Below are positions 1-14,189 of a stretch of DNA of 64,000 nucleotides, in pieces. This stretch comes from Mustelus asterias. Taxonomy: Eukaryota. The position numbers were made by a program, and so were the translations under genes. The stretch is taken from assembly GCF_964213995.1 (NCBI RefSeq), contig NW_027590365.1:248001-312000 (forward strand), read 5' to 3'. Every line of letters begins with the position of its first letter. Within the stretch, counting starts at the first letter, position 1. The notes under the pieces are model-generated. The model had not been told where the DNA came from and made no database searches. It saw only the letters and a program-made list of their open reading frames with translations.

Positions 1-978
1 AAGGGATTCAGTCAGTTATCCGACCTGCAGAGACACCAGCGAGTTCACACTGGGGAGAGGCCGTTCACCTGCTCTCAGTGTGGGAAGGGATTCACTCAAT
101 TATCCACCCTGCGGACACATGAACGAGTTCACACTGGGGAGAGGCCATTCACCTGCTCTCAGTGTGGGAAGGGATTCATTCTGTTATCCAGCCTGCGGAT
201 ACACCAGCGAGTTCACACTGGGGAGAAACCATTCACCTGCTCTCAGTGTGGGAAGGGATTCATTCAGTTATCCCGCTTGCAGAAACACCAGCAAGTTCAC
301 ACAGGAGAGAGGCTGTTCACCTGCTCTCAGTGTGGGAAGGGATTCACTCGGTCATCCCTCCTGCAGAGACACCAGCGAGTTCACGGTGGGGAGAGGCCAT
401 TCAACTGTTCTCAGTGTGGGAAGGGATTCACTCAGTCATCCATCCTGCGGACACACCAGCGAGTTCACACTGGGGAGAGATCGTTCACCTGCTCTCAGTG
501 TGGGAAGGGATTCACTCAGTCAGCCGACCTGCAGAGACACCAGCGAGTTCACACAGGGGAGAGGCCGTTCACCTGCTCTCAGTGTGGGAAGGGATTCATT
601 CTGTTATCCAGCCTGCGAATACACCAGCGAGTTCACACTGGGGAGAAACCATTCATCTGTTCTCAGTGTGGGAAGGGATTCACTAACTCATCTGATCTGC
701 GGACACACCAGCGAGTTCACACAGGGGAGAGGCCGTTCACCTGCTCCCAGTGTGGGAAGGGATTCACTCAGTCATCCCACCTGCAGAGACACCAGCGAGT
801 TCACACTGGGGAGAGACCATTCGACTGTTCTCAGTGTGGGAAGGGATTCACTCAGTCATCCAACTTGCAGACACACCAGCGAGTTCACACTGGGGAGAGG
901 CCGTTCACCTACTCTCAGTGTGGGAAGGGATTCAGAGTTTCATCCCACCTGCTGAGACACCAACAAGTTCACGAGTGA
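1..978 (+). CDS. C2H2 zinc-finger protein (unit Z1), 3' part; 5' end lies outside the window
   Basis: Frame 1 is open from base 1 ([20 protein letters not shown]) to TGA at 976-978. About 11 tandem CxxC..HxxxH fingers with TGERPF linkers; the last finger has C->Y (TYSQC). Confidence 0.9.
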   Translation, partial: KGFSQLSDLQRHQRVHTGERPFTCSQCGKGFTQLSTLRTHERVHTGERPFTCSQCGKGFILLSSLRIHQRVHTGEKPFTCSQCGKGFIQLSRLQKHQQVHTGERLFTCSQCGKGFTRSSLLQRHQRVHGGERPFNCSQCGKGFTQSSILRTHQRVHTGERSFTCSQCGKGFTQSADLQRHQRVHTGERPFTCSQCGKGFILLSSLRIHQRVHTGEKPFICSQCGKGFTNSSDLRTHQRVHTGERPFTCSQCGKGFTQSSHLQRHQRVHTGERPFDCSQCGKGFTQSSNLQTHQRVHTGERPFTYSQCGKGFRVSSHLLRHQQVHE

Positions 979-979
979 T

Positions 980-1200
980 GACAGGGGTTGGATTCTGCTG
1001 TTATTGTTTCTGCTCTCAATTACACCCAGGACTGCATTTTGTTCATTCTCACAGTTGGTCAATGGGGAGGGTCGGAGGGTTTCTTTCTGCTGGACTGGCC
1101 GGTCTCATGACTTTGCCTCCAGTGGGCTGATGCTCTTTGAGTCTTGTTGCGAATACCTGGTTTTTAGATTTCACAAGGATCACAGAGTGACAGGATGTTA
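980..1200 (+). repeat. Shared ZNF 3' UTR block
   Basis: Near-identical ggggttggattctgctgttattg...ccagtgggctgatgctctttgag also follows the ZNF stops at ~28295 and ~48795 (+) and, more diverged, ~59010-59160 (-). Confidence 0.8.
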
Positions 1201-1204
1201 GGAA

Positions 1205-1480
1205 GTTATAGAGGTTTACAACATGGAAACAGGCCCTTCGGCCCAACTTGTCCATTCCGCTCAGTTTTTACCACTAAGCTAGTCCCAATTGCCCGTATTT
1301 TGCCCATATCCCTCTATACCCATCTTACCCATGTAACTGTCTAAATGCTTTTTAAAAGACAGAATTGCACCCACCTCTACCACTGCCTCTGGCAACTTGT
1401 TCCAGACACTCACCACCATCTGAGTGAAAAATTGCCCCTCTGGACCCTTTTGTATCTCTCCCCTCTCACTTTAAACCTAA
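1205..1480 (-). mobile_element. CR1/HER1-like LINE 3' fragment
   Basis: Reverse strand encodes RFKVRGERYKRVQRGNF and carries the CR1-type 3' UTR (ttgggccgaagggcctgtttcc...ctctataac). Confidence 0.8.
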
Positions 1481-1509
1481 AACTAAGAACAAGAAATGTA
1501 TCGATAAAA

Positions 1510-1690
1510 TGATTAGAGAATAGAGCCAACGTTTTGAGTCTGAATGATGCTTCATGAGAGCTGTTATGAAGGGTCATCCAGGATTGAAACTTTGGCTCCA
1601 TTCTTCACAGGTGCTGTCAGACCCGCTGAGATTTTCCAGCATTTTGTGTTTTTGTTTCAGATTCCAGTATCTGCAGTATTTTACTCTTCT
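1510..1690 (+). mobile_element. Short Penelope-like terminal repeat with inverted 5' arm and degraded hammerhead motif
   Basis: gagaatagagccaacgttttgagtc... is followed by its reverse complement ...gaaactttggctccattct. Same family as 10465, 22225, 39500, 46650 and 56045. Confidence 0.55.
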
Positions 1691-2074
1691 GATGAAATGA
1701 TTAGTTCTGATTGGAATCCCCATGACCCTCCTTCAAAACAGAGGGAGTGGTGGCAGAAGGAGAAAAATGATAAGGATGATAAAGTCTGGGTTCTGATTCT
1801 CCGAGCCCATGAAGAATTAACAAAATGAGTGAACCAGTTTATAAAGAACAGAAGTTACCCATCCCTAACAAAAACTGATCAAATTAAAATAATTAGGTTG
1901 AGGAAGAGAACAAAAGAATTCATAGATAAAGTTTAAAATCAACTTTGTTTTGTTGTTAGAGAAGTTTTTAAAAATTATGTAAAGTGATGTAACTGTGTGC
2001 CAAGTTTCTTCTCTCACTCCCCACCCCTTTAGGTTCTGTAGAAAAGTTAACCCTTTCAGCAGACAGTTGATTTA

Positions 2075-4765
2075 GTCATGGAGTTATAGAGGTTTCCAGC
2101 TTGGAAACGGGCCCTTCAGCCCAACTTGTCCATGCCGCCCCTTTTTTAACCCCTGTGCTCATCCCAATTGTCCACGTTTGGTCCATATCCCTCGACACCC
2201 ATCTTACCCATGTAACTCTAAACGCTTTTTAAAAGACAAAATTGTACCTGCCTCTACTACTACCTCTGGCAGCTTTTTCCAGACACTCACCACCCTCTGT
2301 GTGAAACAAGTGCCCCTCTGGACCCTTCAGTATCTCTCCCCTCTCACCTTAAACCTATGCCCTCTAGTTTTAGACTCCCCTACCTTTGGGAAAAGATATT
2401 GACTATCTAGCTGATCTGTGCCCCTCATTATTTTATAGACCTCTATAAGATCACCCCTAAGCCTCTTACATTCCAGGGAAAAAAGTCCCAGTCTATCCAG
2501 CCTCTCTTTATAACTCAAACCATCAAGTCCCGGTAGCATCCTAATAAATCTTTTCTGCAGTCTTTCTAGTTTAATAATATCCTTTCTATAATAGGGTGAC
2601 CAGAACTGTACACAGTATTCCAAGTGTGGCCTTACCAATGTCTTGTAAAACTTCAACAAGACGTCCCAACTCCTGTATTCAATGTTCTGACCAACATGCA
2701 GAATGCCTTCTTCACCACTCTGTCCACCTGCAGCTCCATTTTCAAGGAGCTATGTACCTGTACCCCTAGATCTCTGTTCTGTAACTCTCCCCAACACCCT
2801 ACCATTAACTGAGTAAGTCCTGCCCTGGTTCGATCGCCCAAAATGTATTACCTCGCATTTATCTAAATTAAACTCCATCTGCCATTCGTCAGCCCACTGT
2901 TCCAATTGATCAAGATCGCACTACAATCCTAGATAGCCTTCTCCACTGTCCATGATGCCACCAACTTTGGTGTCATCTGAAAACTTACTACCCATGCCTC
3001 CTACATTCTCATCCAAATCATTAATATAAATGACAAATAACAGTGGACCCAGCACTGATCCTTGAGGCACACCGCTGGTCACAGGCTCCAGTTTGAAAAA
3101 CAACCTTCTACAACCACCCTCTGTCTTCTGTCATCAAGCCAATTTTGTATCCATTTGGCTAACTCACCCTGGATTTCATTAGATTTAACCTTAAGCAACA
3201 ACCTACCTTGCGGTACCTTGTCAAAGGCCTTGCTAAAGTCCACGTAGACAGCATCACCTGTACTGCCCTCATCTACCTTCTTGGTTACCCCTTCAAAAAA
3301 CTCAATCAAATTTGTGAGACATGATTTTCCACTCACAAAGCCATGCTGACCGTCCCTAATCAGTCCTTGTGTCTCCAAATGCCTGTAGATCCTGTCTCTC
3401 AAATACCTTCTGACAACTTACAGATGTGAATCACACCGCCCTTTAGTTCCCAGGCTTTTCCCTGCAGCCCTTTTTAAACAAAGGCTCCACATTTGCCACC
3501 CTCCAATCTTTAGGCACCTCACCCGTGACTATCGATGATTCAAATATCTCTGCTCGGAGACCCGCAATTTCCCCCCTAGCCTCCCACAGTGTTCTGGGAT
3601 ACACTTCATCAGGTCCCGGGGATTTATCTACCTTGATGCGCTTTATGACTTCCAGCACCTCCTTCTCTGTTATAAGTACACTTCTCAAGACATCACTTTA
3701 TTTCCCCAAGTTCCCTAACATCCATGCTTTTCTCAACAATAAATAATGATGAAAAATATTCATTTATGATCTCATCATCTCTTGTGGATCCGCACATAGA
3801 TGACCTTGTTGATCCTTAAGAGGCCCTACTCTCTACCTAGTTACTCTTTGGCACTTTATGTATTTATAGAACCTCTTTGGATTCTCCTTTGCCTTATCTG
3901 CCAAAACAATCTCGTGTCCCCTTTTTGTCCTCCTGATTTCTCTCTTAATTCTACTCCTACACCCTCTATACTCTTCAAGGGATCCACTTGATCCCAGCTG
4001 CCTATGCATGTCATGTGCCTCCTTCTTCTTGACCAGGGCCTCAATATCTCGAGTCATCCAGGGTTCCCGACTTCTACCAGCCTTGCCCATCACTCTAAGA
4101 GCAATGTGCTTACCCTGAACCCTGGTTAAAACACTTTTGAAAGCCTCCCACTTACCAGACGTCCCTTTGCCTTCCCACAGACTCTCCCAGTTAACTGTCG
4201 AAAGTTCCTGCCTGATACCATCAACATTGGCCTTGCCCTAATTTAGAATTTTAACTTTTGGACCTGACCAATCATTTTCCATAGGTATCTTAAAACTAAT
4301 GGAATTATGGTCACTGGTCCCAAAGTGATCCCTCATTCACACTTCTATCACCTGCCCTTCCTTATTTCCCAAGAGGAGGTGAAGTTTTGCCCCTCTCTAG
4401 TCGGGCCATCCACATACTGAATGCGAAATTCCTCCTGAATACACTCAACAAATTTCTCCCCATCCAAGCCTCTAATACTATGGCTGTCCCAGTCAATGTT
4501 GGGAAAGTTAAAATCCCCGACTATTACCACCCTATTTTTCTTGGAACTATCTGTAATCTCCTTACATATTTGCTCCTCAATTTTCCACCGACTATTTGGG
4601 GGCCTATAGTACAACCCTATCAAAGTGATTTCCCCCTTCTTATTTCTCAGTTCACCCCTTTTGACTCAGTAGGCGAACCCTCGGATATATCCCCTCTCAG
4701 TACTGCCGTGATGTTTTCCTGAATCAAAAGTGCAACTCCCCCTCCTTTCTTTCCTCCTGTTCTAT
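2075..4765 (-). mobile_element. CR1-clade LINE ORF2 (endonuclease + RT), degraded
   Basis: Ordered fragments: IGLYYRPP/VVIVGDFNFPNIDW (APE), [58 protein letters not shown]. Frameshifts and an internal deletion are present. Confidence 0.92.
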
Positions 4766-6239
4766 CTTTCCTATGGCATCTTGTTTTTAACTTGTTTTTA
4801 AATCACCCAGAAACTCGTGTCTATTTTAGTTTATAATTGTGGATTTATTGGAGCCAGTTAAATGTGGAAATTTTAAGCGTAGCCTGGAGGAATTTGGAAT
4901 AACTGAGAATTTTATATTGTTGTCACCTCAACCCCAGGTAAAGAACAAAGAGTTTGCAGCTGGTAACGTGTTTGGGATTTTAAATCAACAAAGATGTTGC
5001 CGATAAAATCAGGCCTTGGAAGTTGGCTGAAAAAGGGTTAAGTTACAATGAAGGATCTTGCATCTTATTTTAATCAAGGAGTTGTGAGCTTGTAGTGCTC
5101 TGTCGCTTTAAGAAGCTACAGCTGCGCGAGAGAATGCTGAGGATTCATTGTTTGAAATTTACGAGCTGTGAGAATCTGTGTGTTTTGTTTGTTTTATGTG
5201 GATGTTTGTAGATGTGTTTTATTATTGTTTTGGGCAACATTTGTTAAGGTTTATCTTTCTGGGGAATTAACCTTACCTTGAGTCTTTAATTAAAGGCATT
5301 TTTGGGAGTTTAAAACAGGATCACAAGAACGCTTAAGTAATTAATTTTGGTTATTGTTGTTGTAAAGCACATGCTAAGTTTCTCTGTTTGTGTATGGACG
5401 ATATTTGTGGGTTGAACGCTTTAAGCTTTGAGGTTTTCTGTCTGTGATTTAAATCAAACAGATTTTTAAAAAGGAAGTGTAATTAATAAAGCTTTTTTTT
5501 CAAAAGTTATGAACTTGGAGCCATATTTACTGGACAGAGACAGGATTCCAGGATATTTCACTAAACATGCGGGAATTTTAATCCGGATACAATTCACTCA
5601 TGAGAATGAGAGTTTTAATTTGTAATGGTTATTTAAAATTTGGGACATGTGAAATGATTCTGACCAATCCTGTGTTGGATTGATCTTGGATTAAACTTCC
5701 TGTCAGGTCCAAAGACACAATTAACACAATGAAAAGGAAAATTCTGGAATTGGATACTGAAGAAAAGAGTTTAAAAGGAGAGATTATTAAATAGAAATGA
5801 TTCCCAGACCGTGTGGTCGTTAGGTTGGAACAAAGGAAGAGTGCTGACATCCATTTGAAAACTTTTAATCCACCCCTTTTCAAACTCAGTCTACGTACAA
5901 AGAAAACCCCAAGGATGGTAGATAAGGGGTTCTGGAAAACATCATGATGGGGGCACCTATCTGTTCACGAGATGATCACAAAGCCCCATGATGTCCAAAT
6001 ACTAATTTCATTGGACCTTTCTGTAATGTGTGTAATCTATAACCATTCTGATTGGATTATGTCCAGCCGGGATGGGTTGAGTAACTGGATAAGAATTGAT
6101 GATATTCTTTGTTGGGTGGAGTTACACATGGTCAGTCCCTGTGGCTTCTCCCCACTGGCGTAACTCAATAAACTGTTTGTTGATTGAATCAGGTTTAAGT
6201 GTTGAATGATTCTTCTGAGTTCATTCCCCCCAACACACT

Positions 6240-6380
6240 GGGTACATTACCACTTCATCCTCGGGAGTGGCCTAATAGGCCGTGGTCCAGACTACATGTG
6301 GCCCTTGGGGGGCCTTTCATGAATCACGTGTTTGCTTGTTGTAGATGCGCATTCAAAATGCTTGGAAGCACAGATCATGA
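6240..6380 (+). mobile_element. Ty3/gypsy LTR retrotransposon integrase relic
   Basis: Translates, with a frameshift, to PLHPREWPNRPWSRLHV..GPFMNHVF..VVDAHSK.LE, matching the gypsy integrase core start PLHPWEWP..PWSRIHVDFAGPF...VVDAHSKW. Confidence 0.7.
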
Positions 6381-7059
6381 GTAATATTACAGGGCAATTA
6401 GGACTAGTTTAGTGGTAAAAACTGGGCGGCATGGACAAGTTGGGCCGAAGGGCCTGTTTCCATGCTGTAAACCTCTATGACTCTAACTACCTTTTTTGTG
6501 GCCTGAAGTTCCCACAATTGGAAAGCAGCCAGATTAGTTAAATAGACAGCATTAATTGTGAGACAGTTAAATAATAAATGATTCATTAATATATATGTTA
6601 TAAAGGCTGGAAATGTAAATTTGAACACAAGTTTATAACTTTTAGAATTATAAACACATTAAGAATGGTTAAAATGCTGTGGGAATTATCAGATGTTCCC
6701 TTCTCATGCTGACAGAATAAAGAAAGATGAAAGGACTTGTTAACCTTGACTGGAGGGAATGAATCGGCTCCTGTTCAAGATGTCTCAACATTGAATGACT
6801 GATGTGAACCAATTATTGGTTGACACTCAGGCTACCCCAAGCTAAGAGATATCGTTTGAGAGAAAGAATTGTCTTAAAATTAAGACAATGTGCGCAATTA
6901 GCTAAAAACCAAACCAATGTCATTATTGACAAGTTATAGACCAATTGGCTCATTCCCAACAATTAGCTGAGGATGGCTTTCTACATTTTGAAAGTATAAA
7001 AAGGGGGATTCGAGAAACCAATTTGGTAGAAGTTTTTAAAAGTTAACTTTGTTTATATA

Positions 7060-7235
7060 GTTTGTTTATTAGTGTCACACATAGACTTACATTAACATTG
7101 CAATGAAGTTACTCTGAAAATTCCCCTGGCGCCTGTTCGGGTAAACTGAGGGAGAATTTAGCATGGCCAATGTACCCAACCAGCACGTCTTTTCGACTGT
7201 GGGAGGAAACTGGAGCACCCAGAGGAAACCTGCAC
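7060..7235 (-). mobile_element. V-SINE/HE1-like SINE fragment
   Basis: Reverse complement of the V-domain (gtttcctctgggtgctccagtttcctcccacagtc) plus the tail shared with the 37405 and 57018 copies. Confidence 0.65.
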
Positions 7236-8548
7236 TTTACTGTTCAAAAATCTATCTATCCTTGCCTTAAAAACATTCAATGAGGTAGCCTCAACTGCTT
7301 CACTGGGCAGGGAATTCCACAGATTCACAACCCTTTCTGTGAAGAAGTTCCTCCTCAACTCAGTCCTAAATCTGCTTCCCTTATTTTGAGGCTGTGTCTC
7401 CTAGTTGTAGGTTAGGGGGATGAGCAGGGTAAATACTTGGGGTTATGGGACAGGTCTGGATAGGATTGCCCTGTGTGTCAGGGGGAATATATGAGGTTAC
7501 AAGGATAAGGCCTGTGTGGGATTGTTATCAGTGCAGACTTGATGGGCCAAATGGCCCCCTTCTGCACTGAAAGGATTCTATGATTTCAGAGAATTGTGAA
7601 ATTGGAGATTACTGAGTTAGAGAGGGATAAGGTCATGGAGGAATTTGAAAATAAGGATGTGAATTTTAAAATTGAAACATGACTTGACTTAAAGCCGATG
7701 TAGGCTTTATGGATGAATAGGATTTGGATGAATAGGATTTGGATGAATAGGATTTGGTGTGAGAAAGCAGACGGGCGGCAGAGTTTTGGAATATCTCACA
7801 TTTCTATGTGGGGAGTGGGGTGAATGTGAGAGGCTGCTCAGAAATATATTGGAATCATCAAGACTAAAGGTAACAGATGGAGTGGTGTGGAGACTGTGGA
7901 CATTTTGTAGATTGAAATATTTGGTATTAGTGATGGGATGGATATGTGGTCAGAAACTCATCCTGTTGTTAAATCTGACACCAAGGCCCGAATTTTTCAT
8001 CCATTGGGCACACTCACACGGGAGTGCCTGGAAACGGGTGTAATCAGCCCTGGAAATCGGCCCCGGAAAGTGATCTCATGCTGGCTGGCTGATTAACGGG
8101 CAGTCAGTGTGAAACGTGCACTGGGAAAGGCTCAGTGCTGCCGGGGAGGGAGGGAAGGGGACGGGAAGGGAGGGAAGGGGACGGGCACTGAGGAAAACGA
8201 GGGTGCTCTTGGCATTTCCAATACGCTCCCTCAGGGGGACAGCTGCTGCGGAGCCTGTCTCACAGCTACAGCCCTGTAAAAACTAAACTGCGATGGAGCT
8301 CCTCACAGTGGGGGTGAGGATGGAGGAGATGGGGAGAGGGAGAGAACCCTTCAAAAGGAATTAACTTCTGTTAGCAGTATTTAAAAGACGCAAGACACTG
8401 TGTTTAACACAAAGCTGATTTATTTGACTCTTATCCAGAATATTTACACCTATAACCGGCCTGGTGTTTATTAATATCAGCAGGACCAGACTCCAGTGAA
8501 TGATATTCAGACCTGCAGGTGATTAACAGCAAAACCCAATCATTGTCA

Positions 8549-9700
8549 TTACTTGTGAACTCGCTGGTGTCTCAGCAGATGGGATGACTGAGTGAATCCC
8601 CTCCCACACACAGAGCAGGAGAACGGTTTCTCCCCGGTGTGAATGCGCCGGTGTTTCAGCAGACTGGATGAATCACTGAATCCCTTCCCACACTCCGAGC
8701 AGCCGAGCGGCCTCTCCCCAGTGTGAATACTCTGGTATACAGTGAGCTGAGATGATTTCCTGAATCCAGTCCCCCAACGAGAGCATCTGAACGGTCTCTC
8801 GTCAGTGTGAATACGTTGATGGGTCACCAGTTCCCCAGAACTTTTAAAGCACTTCCCACAATCCAGGCATTTAAATGGTCTCTCGTCAGAGTGAACCCGT
8901 TGATGGGATGTTAGTTCCACAGAACTTTTAAAGCACTTCTCACAGTTCAGGCATTTAAAAGGTCTCTCATCAGTGTGAACTCGCTGATGTTTCAGTAGGT
9001 GAGATGACTGAGTGAATCCCTTCCCACACACAGAGCAGGTAAATGGTTTCTCCCCAGTGTGGATTCGCTGGTGTTTCAGCAGATCAGATAACTGAATGAA
9101 TCCATTCCCACAATCGGAGCAGGTAAATGATCTCTCTCCAGTGTGAATTCGCTGATGTGTCATCAGGTGGGATGACTGAGTGAATCCCTTCCAACACACA
9201 GAGCAGGTGAATGGCCTTTCCCCAGTGTGACCACGTTGGTGTCCTAACAGATTGGATAACTGAGTGAATCCCTTCCCACACTCAGAACATGTGATGGTCT
9301 CTCCCCATTGTGATCTCGCTAGTGTTTTAGCAGACTGGATGACTGAGTGAATCCCTTCCCACACTGAGGGCAGGTGAACGGTCTCTCCCCAGTGTGACTG
9401 CGTCGATGAGTTTCCAGGTCAGATGGATAACTAAACGCTTTCCCACAATCCCCACATTTCCACAGCTTCTCCCCAGTGTGACTGTGCTTGTGTCTCGACA
9501 GGCCAGATGATTGACTGAAGCCTTGTCCACACACACAACACGTGTATGGTTTCTCCTCACTGTGAACAGTGCTTTTTCCTTCCATGTTTAATATTCAATG
9601 ATATTCAAGTTACGATAAATTATACACCTCTGTCAGCTCCTGGTGTGATGTTTGGTTTCAGTTTCCTGACTGTAAATCCTCCTCTTCTAAAACCCTGTGA
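8549..9700 (-). pseudogene. C2H2 ZNF pseudogene (unit Z2), ~12 fingers
   Basis: The [17 protein letters not shown] (9585) stops at TAG in finger 3 (9319-9321), and a 1-nt deletion follows. Further fingers continue in another frame to 8549. Acceptor tttcacag at ~9695-9702; AATAAA at ~8418-8423. Confidence 0.8.
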
Positions 9701-11099
9701 AATTGATTTAAAACAAAAAAACAGGAGTGAGAGAGAACCCACAAAAACACAAAGGCAGCTTGTGAAATTGAGCTGAATGAATCTGGTAATTTGTCTGATA
9801 CTAATGAACAGCGCTGGATTATCAGAAAAACCCAACTGATTCACTAATGTCCATCAGGGAAAGGAACCTACCGCCCAGTCTGGGTCTGTACAGACTCAGG
9901 CCTCTACTTAAGGAGAGTACAAGACAGTGGGAGAGAATGGGGAGTAATGCAAGAGGTGAGGTTGTGGGGGGGTGGGGGAGGTGCTGGTGATGGCAGGAGG
10001 AGAGGGATTTTACACATCTATAACTCAGCTGGAGCTTTGACAGAATCTCCCAAACCCTCAACTTCCACCACCTGGAAGAACCAGGATCACAAGTGTGAAT
10101 GAACACCTCTAAATTCACCTTCAAGTCTCACACACTGGGGGATTTTCACAGTAACTTCATCGCAGTGTTAATATAAACCTACTCGTGACATGAATAAATA
10201 AACTTTTTTAAAAAGCGGTAAACACACTGTCCTGACTTGTCTGCCATCCAGTGCTGGATGAACAGATATTTTATATATTGGGAAGACTGAAGCCACTGGT
10301 TTCAGTCTTTGCTACAAACTTCACTCCCCAGCCACCGACTCCATCTCTCTCCCTGATAATTGTCCGAGGCTGAACATGATTGTTCACAGCCATGGTGACA
10401 TGTTTCACCTCAGGAATTAGGAGTCGGCCATTCGGTCCGTCAGGTCTTTCACTTCAGTCACTGTTTCAAGTCTGGATGACCCTTCTCCAAACAGTCATTC
10501 AGACTCGGAACGTTGGCTCTATTCTCTCTCCAAAGATGCTGTCAGACATGCTGAGATTTTCCAGCACTTTCTGTTTTTTGTTAAACATTCACTTGATTGC
10601 AGTTTGCTGTGGGTAAATCCTCCCCTTCTAACCCATGTAAAATAAGTTTCCAAAACCCATCACTCTCAGTCCAGGATAGAAATTCACAACATTGTGTCTG
10701 CCTGCTTTCCGGCTCAGGATTACTTAAGCTGGGACACATTTTCATTGGAAGCAGATGAGAAAATGTTCACTAGGCTGACTCCTGTGATGAGGGGGTTTGG
10801 CTTCTGAGGAAAGGTGGAACAGGTTGGGTCTTTACCCATTGGAATTCAGAAGAATGAGAGGTGATCTTGGTGAAGCATATTAGATCCTGGGGGAGCTTGA
10901 CCGGGTAGATTCTGAGAGGATGTTTCCCCTCATGGGGTAATATCGAATTATGAAACAGTTAAAAAATAAGAGGTCTCTCAGTTTACACCATGAGGAGAAA
11001 CATATTCTCTATGAAGATCATTAGTCTTTGGAAATCCCTTCGCCAGTAAGTAGGAGACTTGGTCATTGAATACATTTCAGGCTGTGTTAAGTTGATAAG

Positions 11100-11730
11100 A
11101 TATTGGAGCAGAATGAGGGCATTTGGCCCATCGAGTCTGCTCCGCTGATATGCTCCTCATTCCCATTTTCCTGCCTACTCCCTATAACCAGTTAAAAATC
11201 TGTCTAACTCCTCCTTAAATTTACTCACTGTCCCAGCATCCACCACACTTCGGGGCAGCGAATTCCAGATTCACAACCCTTTGGGAGAAGTAGTTTCTCC
11301 TCAACTCTGTTTTACGTTTGCTGCCCCTTATCCTAAGACTATGACCTCTCGTCCTCGAATGCCCCACAAGAGGAAGCATCCACTCCACGTCTACTTTCAT
11401 CATCTTGTGTACCTCGATTTGATCTCCCCTCATTCTTCTAAATTCCAGAGAGAATAGGCCTATCTCTCTTCATACGACAAACCCTTCATCTCTGGAATCA
11501 ATCTAGTGAACCTCCTCTGAACTGCCTCCAATGCCACTACACCTTTCCTCAAATAAAGGGACCAAAACTATGCACAATACTCCAGGTGTGGCCTCACCAA
11601 TGCCTTGTATAGTTCCTTACATTTATATTCTAATCCTTTAGCTATAAATGCCAACATTCCATTCACTTTCTTTACAATCTGCTGTACCTGCATGCTGGCT
11701 TCCTGTGACGGGTGAACGAGGACACCCAGA
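11100..11730 (-). mobile_element. CR1 LINE 3' fragment
   Basis: KDLGVLVH, LYKALVRPHLEYCA, TRGHSLRIRG..ELRRNYFSQRVVNL. A second + strand CR1 fragment lies at ~10760-11090. Confidence 0.8.
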
Positions 11731-12040
11731 TCCTTCTGCACTGGAGCACCCCGAAGTCGCTCCCCATTTAGATAATAAATCGCCTTCCCAACACTCCAGC
11801 CCAGGCAACATGCTGGTGACTCTCCTCTGTACCCTTTCTCGTGCAATCACATCCTTCCTATCGTGTTCCTCAGTGTTCCTCTGTCTGTCTGATTCTGTCA
11901 GTTGATGTTTCTGAGATTCACCTTGGGACACTCTCCTACATTAAAGGTCTGATATAAATCAAAGTTATTTTTAAATCACATTGTAACAGACTGGGGAAGT
12001 TAGGATTAAAACAATATCTGGGTAAATGGAGTTTGGTCAC

Positions 12041-12380
12041 AGGGCGGCACGGTAGCACAGTGGTTAGCACTGCTGCTTCACAGCTCCAGGGTCCCGGGTT
12101 CAATTCCCAGCTCGGGTCACTGTCTGTGTGGAGTTTGCACATTCTCCTCGTGTCTGCGTGGGTTTCCTCCGGGTGCTCCGGTTTCCTCCCACAGTCCAAA
12201 GATGTGCGGGTTAGGTTGATTGGCCAGGTTAAAAATTGCCCCTTAGAGTCCTGGGATGCGTAGGTTAGAGGGATTAGCGGGTAAATATGTGGGGGTAGGG
12301 CCTGGGTGGGATTGTGGTCGGTGCAGACTCGATGGGCCGAATGGCCTCCTTCTGCACTGTAGGGTTTCTATGATTCTATG
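12041..12380 (+). mobile_element. Full-length HE1-like (V-SINE) tRNA-derived SINE
   Basis: tRNA head with A box (tagcacagtgg) and B box (ggttcaattcc), V-domain, and CR1-derived tail ending (ttctatga)n. Confidence 0.88.
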
Positions 12381-12775
12381 AGATCAGCCGTGACCCCAGT
12401 CAATAAGAGAACAGGCTCGAGGGGGATAAATGATTTCCTCCTGTTCCCAATAAACTTGGGCTCAAACACCAGCTGATGAATGGAAAGTGATGGGAGAACT
12501 GGGGGGGAAGACACTTCACCAGAAACCAGCACTGGGGCAGAGTTAAAGAGTAGGACAGTCCTGTGGACAGACTACTCAGGAAATGGAATAGGTTGTTCAG
12601 CCCTTCAAGTCTGCTCTGTTATTCAATTAGACCCTGGTTGATCCATTAGTCTATCTGAACTTGAACAAATACCTGAATTGTTAACTCAAGCTGGTTACAG
12701 CAGTTATTAACAGCAGCAGAAACACACCATAGCTATCAGAATGCACATGGGTCAGTGCAGGATGTGATTACCTGT

Positions 12776-13288
12776 TCAATAACTGGGGAATCTGCCTCCA
12801 GAAGACTTGTGAACTCGCTGGTGTCTCATTAGGTTTTGTGACTGAGTGAATCCCTTCCCACACACGGAGCAGGTGAATGGCCTCTCCCCGGTGTGAACTC
12901 GCTGGTGTGTCAGGAGATCAGATGAGTTAGTGAATCCCTTCCCACACACGGAGCAGGTGAAAGGCCTTTCCCCAGTGTGAGCACGCTTGTGTTTCAGCAG
13001 GTGAGATGAACTGCTGAATCCCTTCATACACACAGAGCAGGTGAATGGCCGCTCCCCAGTGTGAAGTCGCTGGTGAGTGCGAAGGTTGAACATTTGACTA
13101 AAACTCTTCCCACACACGGTGCAGATGAACAGACTCTTCCCAGTGTGGCTGCGCTGATGAGCTTCCAGCTGGGATGGAGAACTGAATTCCTTCCCACAGT
13201 CCCCACATTCCCATGGGTTCTCTATGGTGTAGATGTCCTCGTGTTTCTCCAGGTTGGATGATTTAATGTGTGTATATTTCAAATATCC
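12776..13288 (-). CDS. C2H2 ZNF, 5 fingers (unit Z3); usual start codon mutated
   Basis: Open frame with 5 fingers. The family start ACC-ATG-GAG reads ACC-ATA-GAG here, so the gene needs an upstream exon or is a pseudogene. Acceptor ctttgacag at ~13289. Confidence 0.65.
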   Translation of the reverse strand, partial: GYLKYTHIKSSNLEKHEDIYTIENPWECGDCGKEFSSPSQLEAHQRSHTGKSLFICTVCGKSFSQMFNLRTHQRLHTGERPFTCSVCMKGFSSSSHLLKHKRAHTGERPFTCSVCGKGFTNSSDLLTHQRVHTGERPFTCSVCGKGFTQSQNLMRHQRVHKSSGGRFPSY

Positions 13289-14189
13289 TGTCAAAGGAGT
13301 TTAGAAACATCACTGTCAATACAAGATAGAAATTCAGAACAGACATTTCTACTTTCTGTGGAACATAGTTTCCTCACTTGTTCCTGTGCAGCAGTAAATC
13401 CTCATCCTGAACACTTTCCCTCCTCCCTGTCCTGCAGCCAACTCCCACACTGACCAACCAGCTCATATTTCAATGGATTGTCCCGTGTTTGAGTCCAGTG
13501 CGTCAGGCTGCATGGTATATGGGTGCTGTTTCACCCATAAGATAGATGTGTGCAGCACCCTCTTCCAGCTGTTCTGCCTGCCAACCAGCCCATGTCCACC
13601 CTCGCAGTTCCAGCAGCACCGCGCACAATACTGCTCGCCTGCTCCGACAGACTCATGAAGGATGTCCTTTCGTTTTCTCTGAGAGAGTTGGTCAGCCTGG
13701 CAAACCCAGTGTGAAATATCTTCACAAATCTTTTCTCCCACCCTCTATTCTGGCTGGGTTCAGTTCTCTTTTGAATAGTGTGAAAATAAAATCAATTATT
13801 TTCTCTGCTGATCACTGCAGGGAGCTGCAGCTTTTTACTGGGGGTGTTGGGGCCTCCAGCGGGTGTTTGTGAATCCTCCCCGCCCACCTCCCAGGGTTTC
13901 CTTCCTTCCCAGAGATCAGAGTCCTCATTGATTTGAGGCCAAAGTGTAACCTCTTATTTATTGTCCCCCTCCCCCATCTTCTGATGTGAACCATCCTCCA
14001 GTGGCTGAGCCAGGATGGGGCCGTTAACCTGGGCCTGTTCCCGGGAGGGAGGGAGGGAGAAGCCCCGCAGCTGCAAACCAGGGAGCTGACAATGATTCTG
14101 AAGGGTTTGCGGATCCACAAAGTGTTTCCAAATCCTCGCAGCCACCGCCTAACGCTGACTCCGCTTCTCCGGGACAAAGGACTCTCGCT

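Noticed and set aside
80-955. Long alternative-frame ORFs (GRDSLSHP..., MWEGIHSVI...) overlapping ZNF genes here and throughout the window
   Set aside because: These are predictable shadow frames of the stop-poor 84-bp finger repeat, with no independent evidence of coding.
4780-7050. Possible full LTR retrotransposon around the integrase relic
   Set aside because: No paired LTRs, primer-binding site or further pol motifs could be identified by eye.
13400-13730. GC-richer segment with several short ORFs
   Set aside because: No recognisable protein motif or splice pattern; it could not be assigned.
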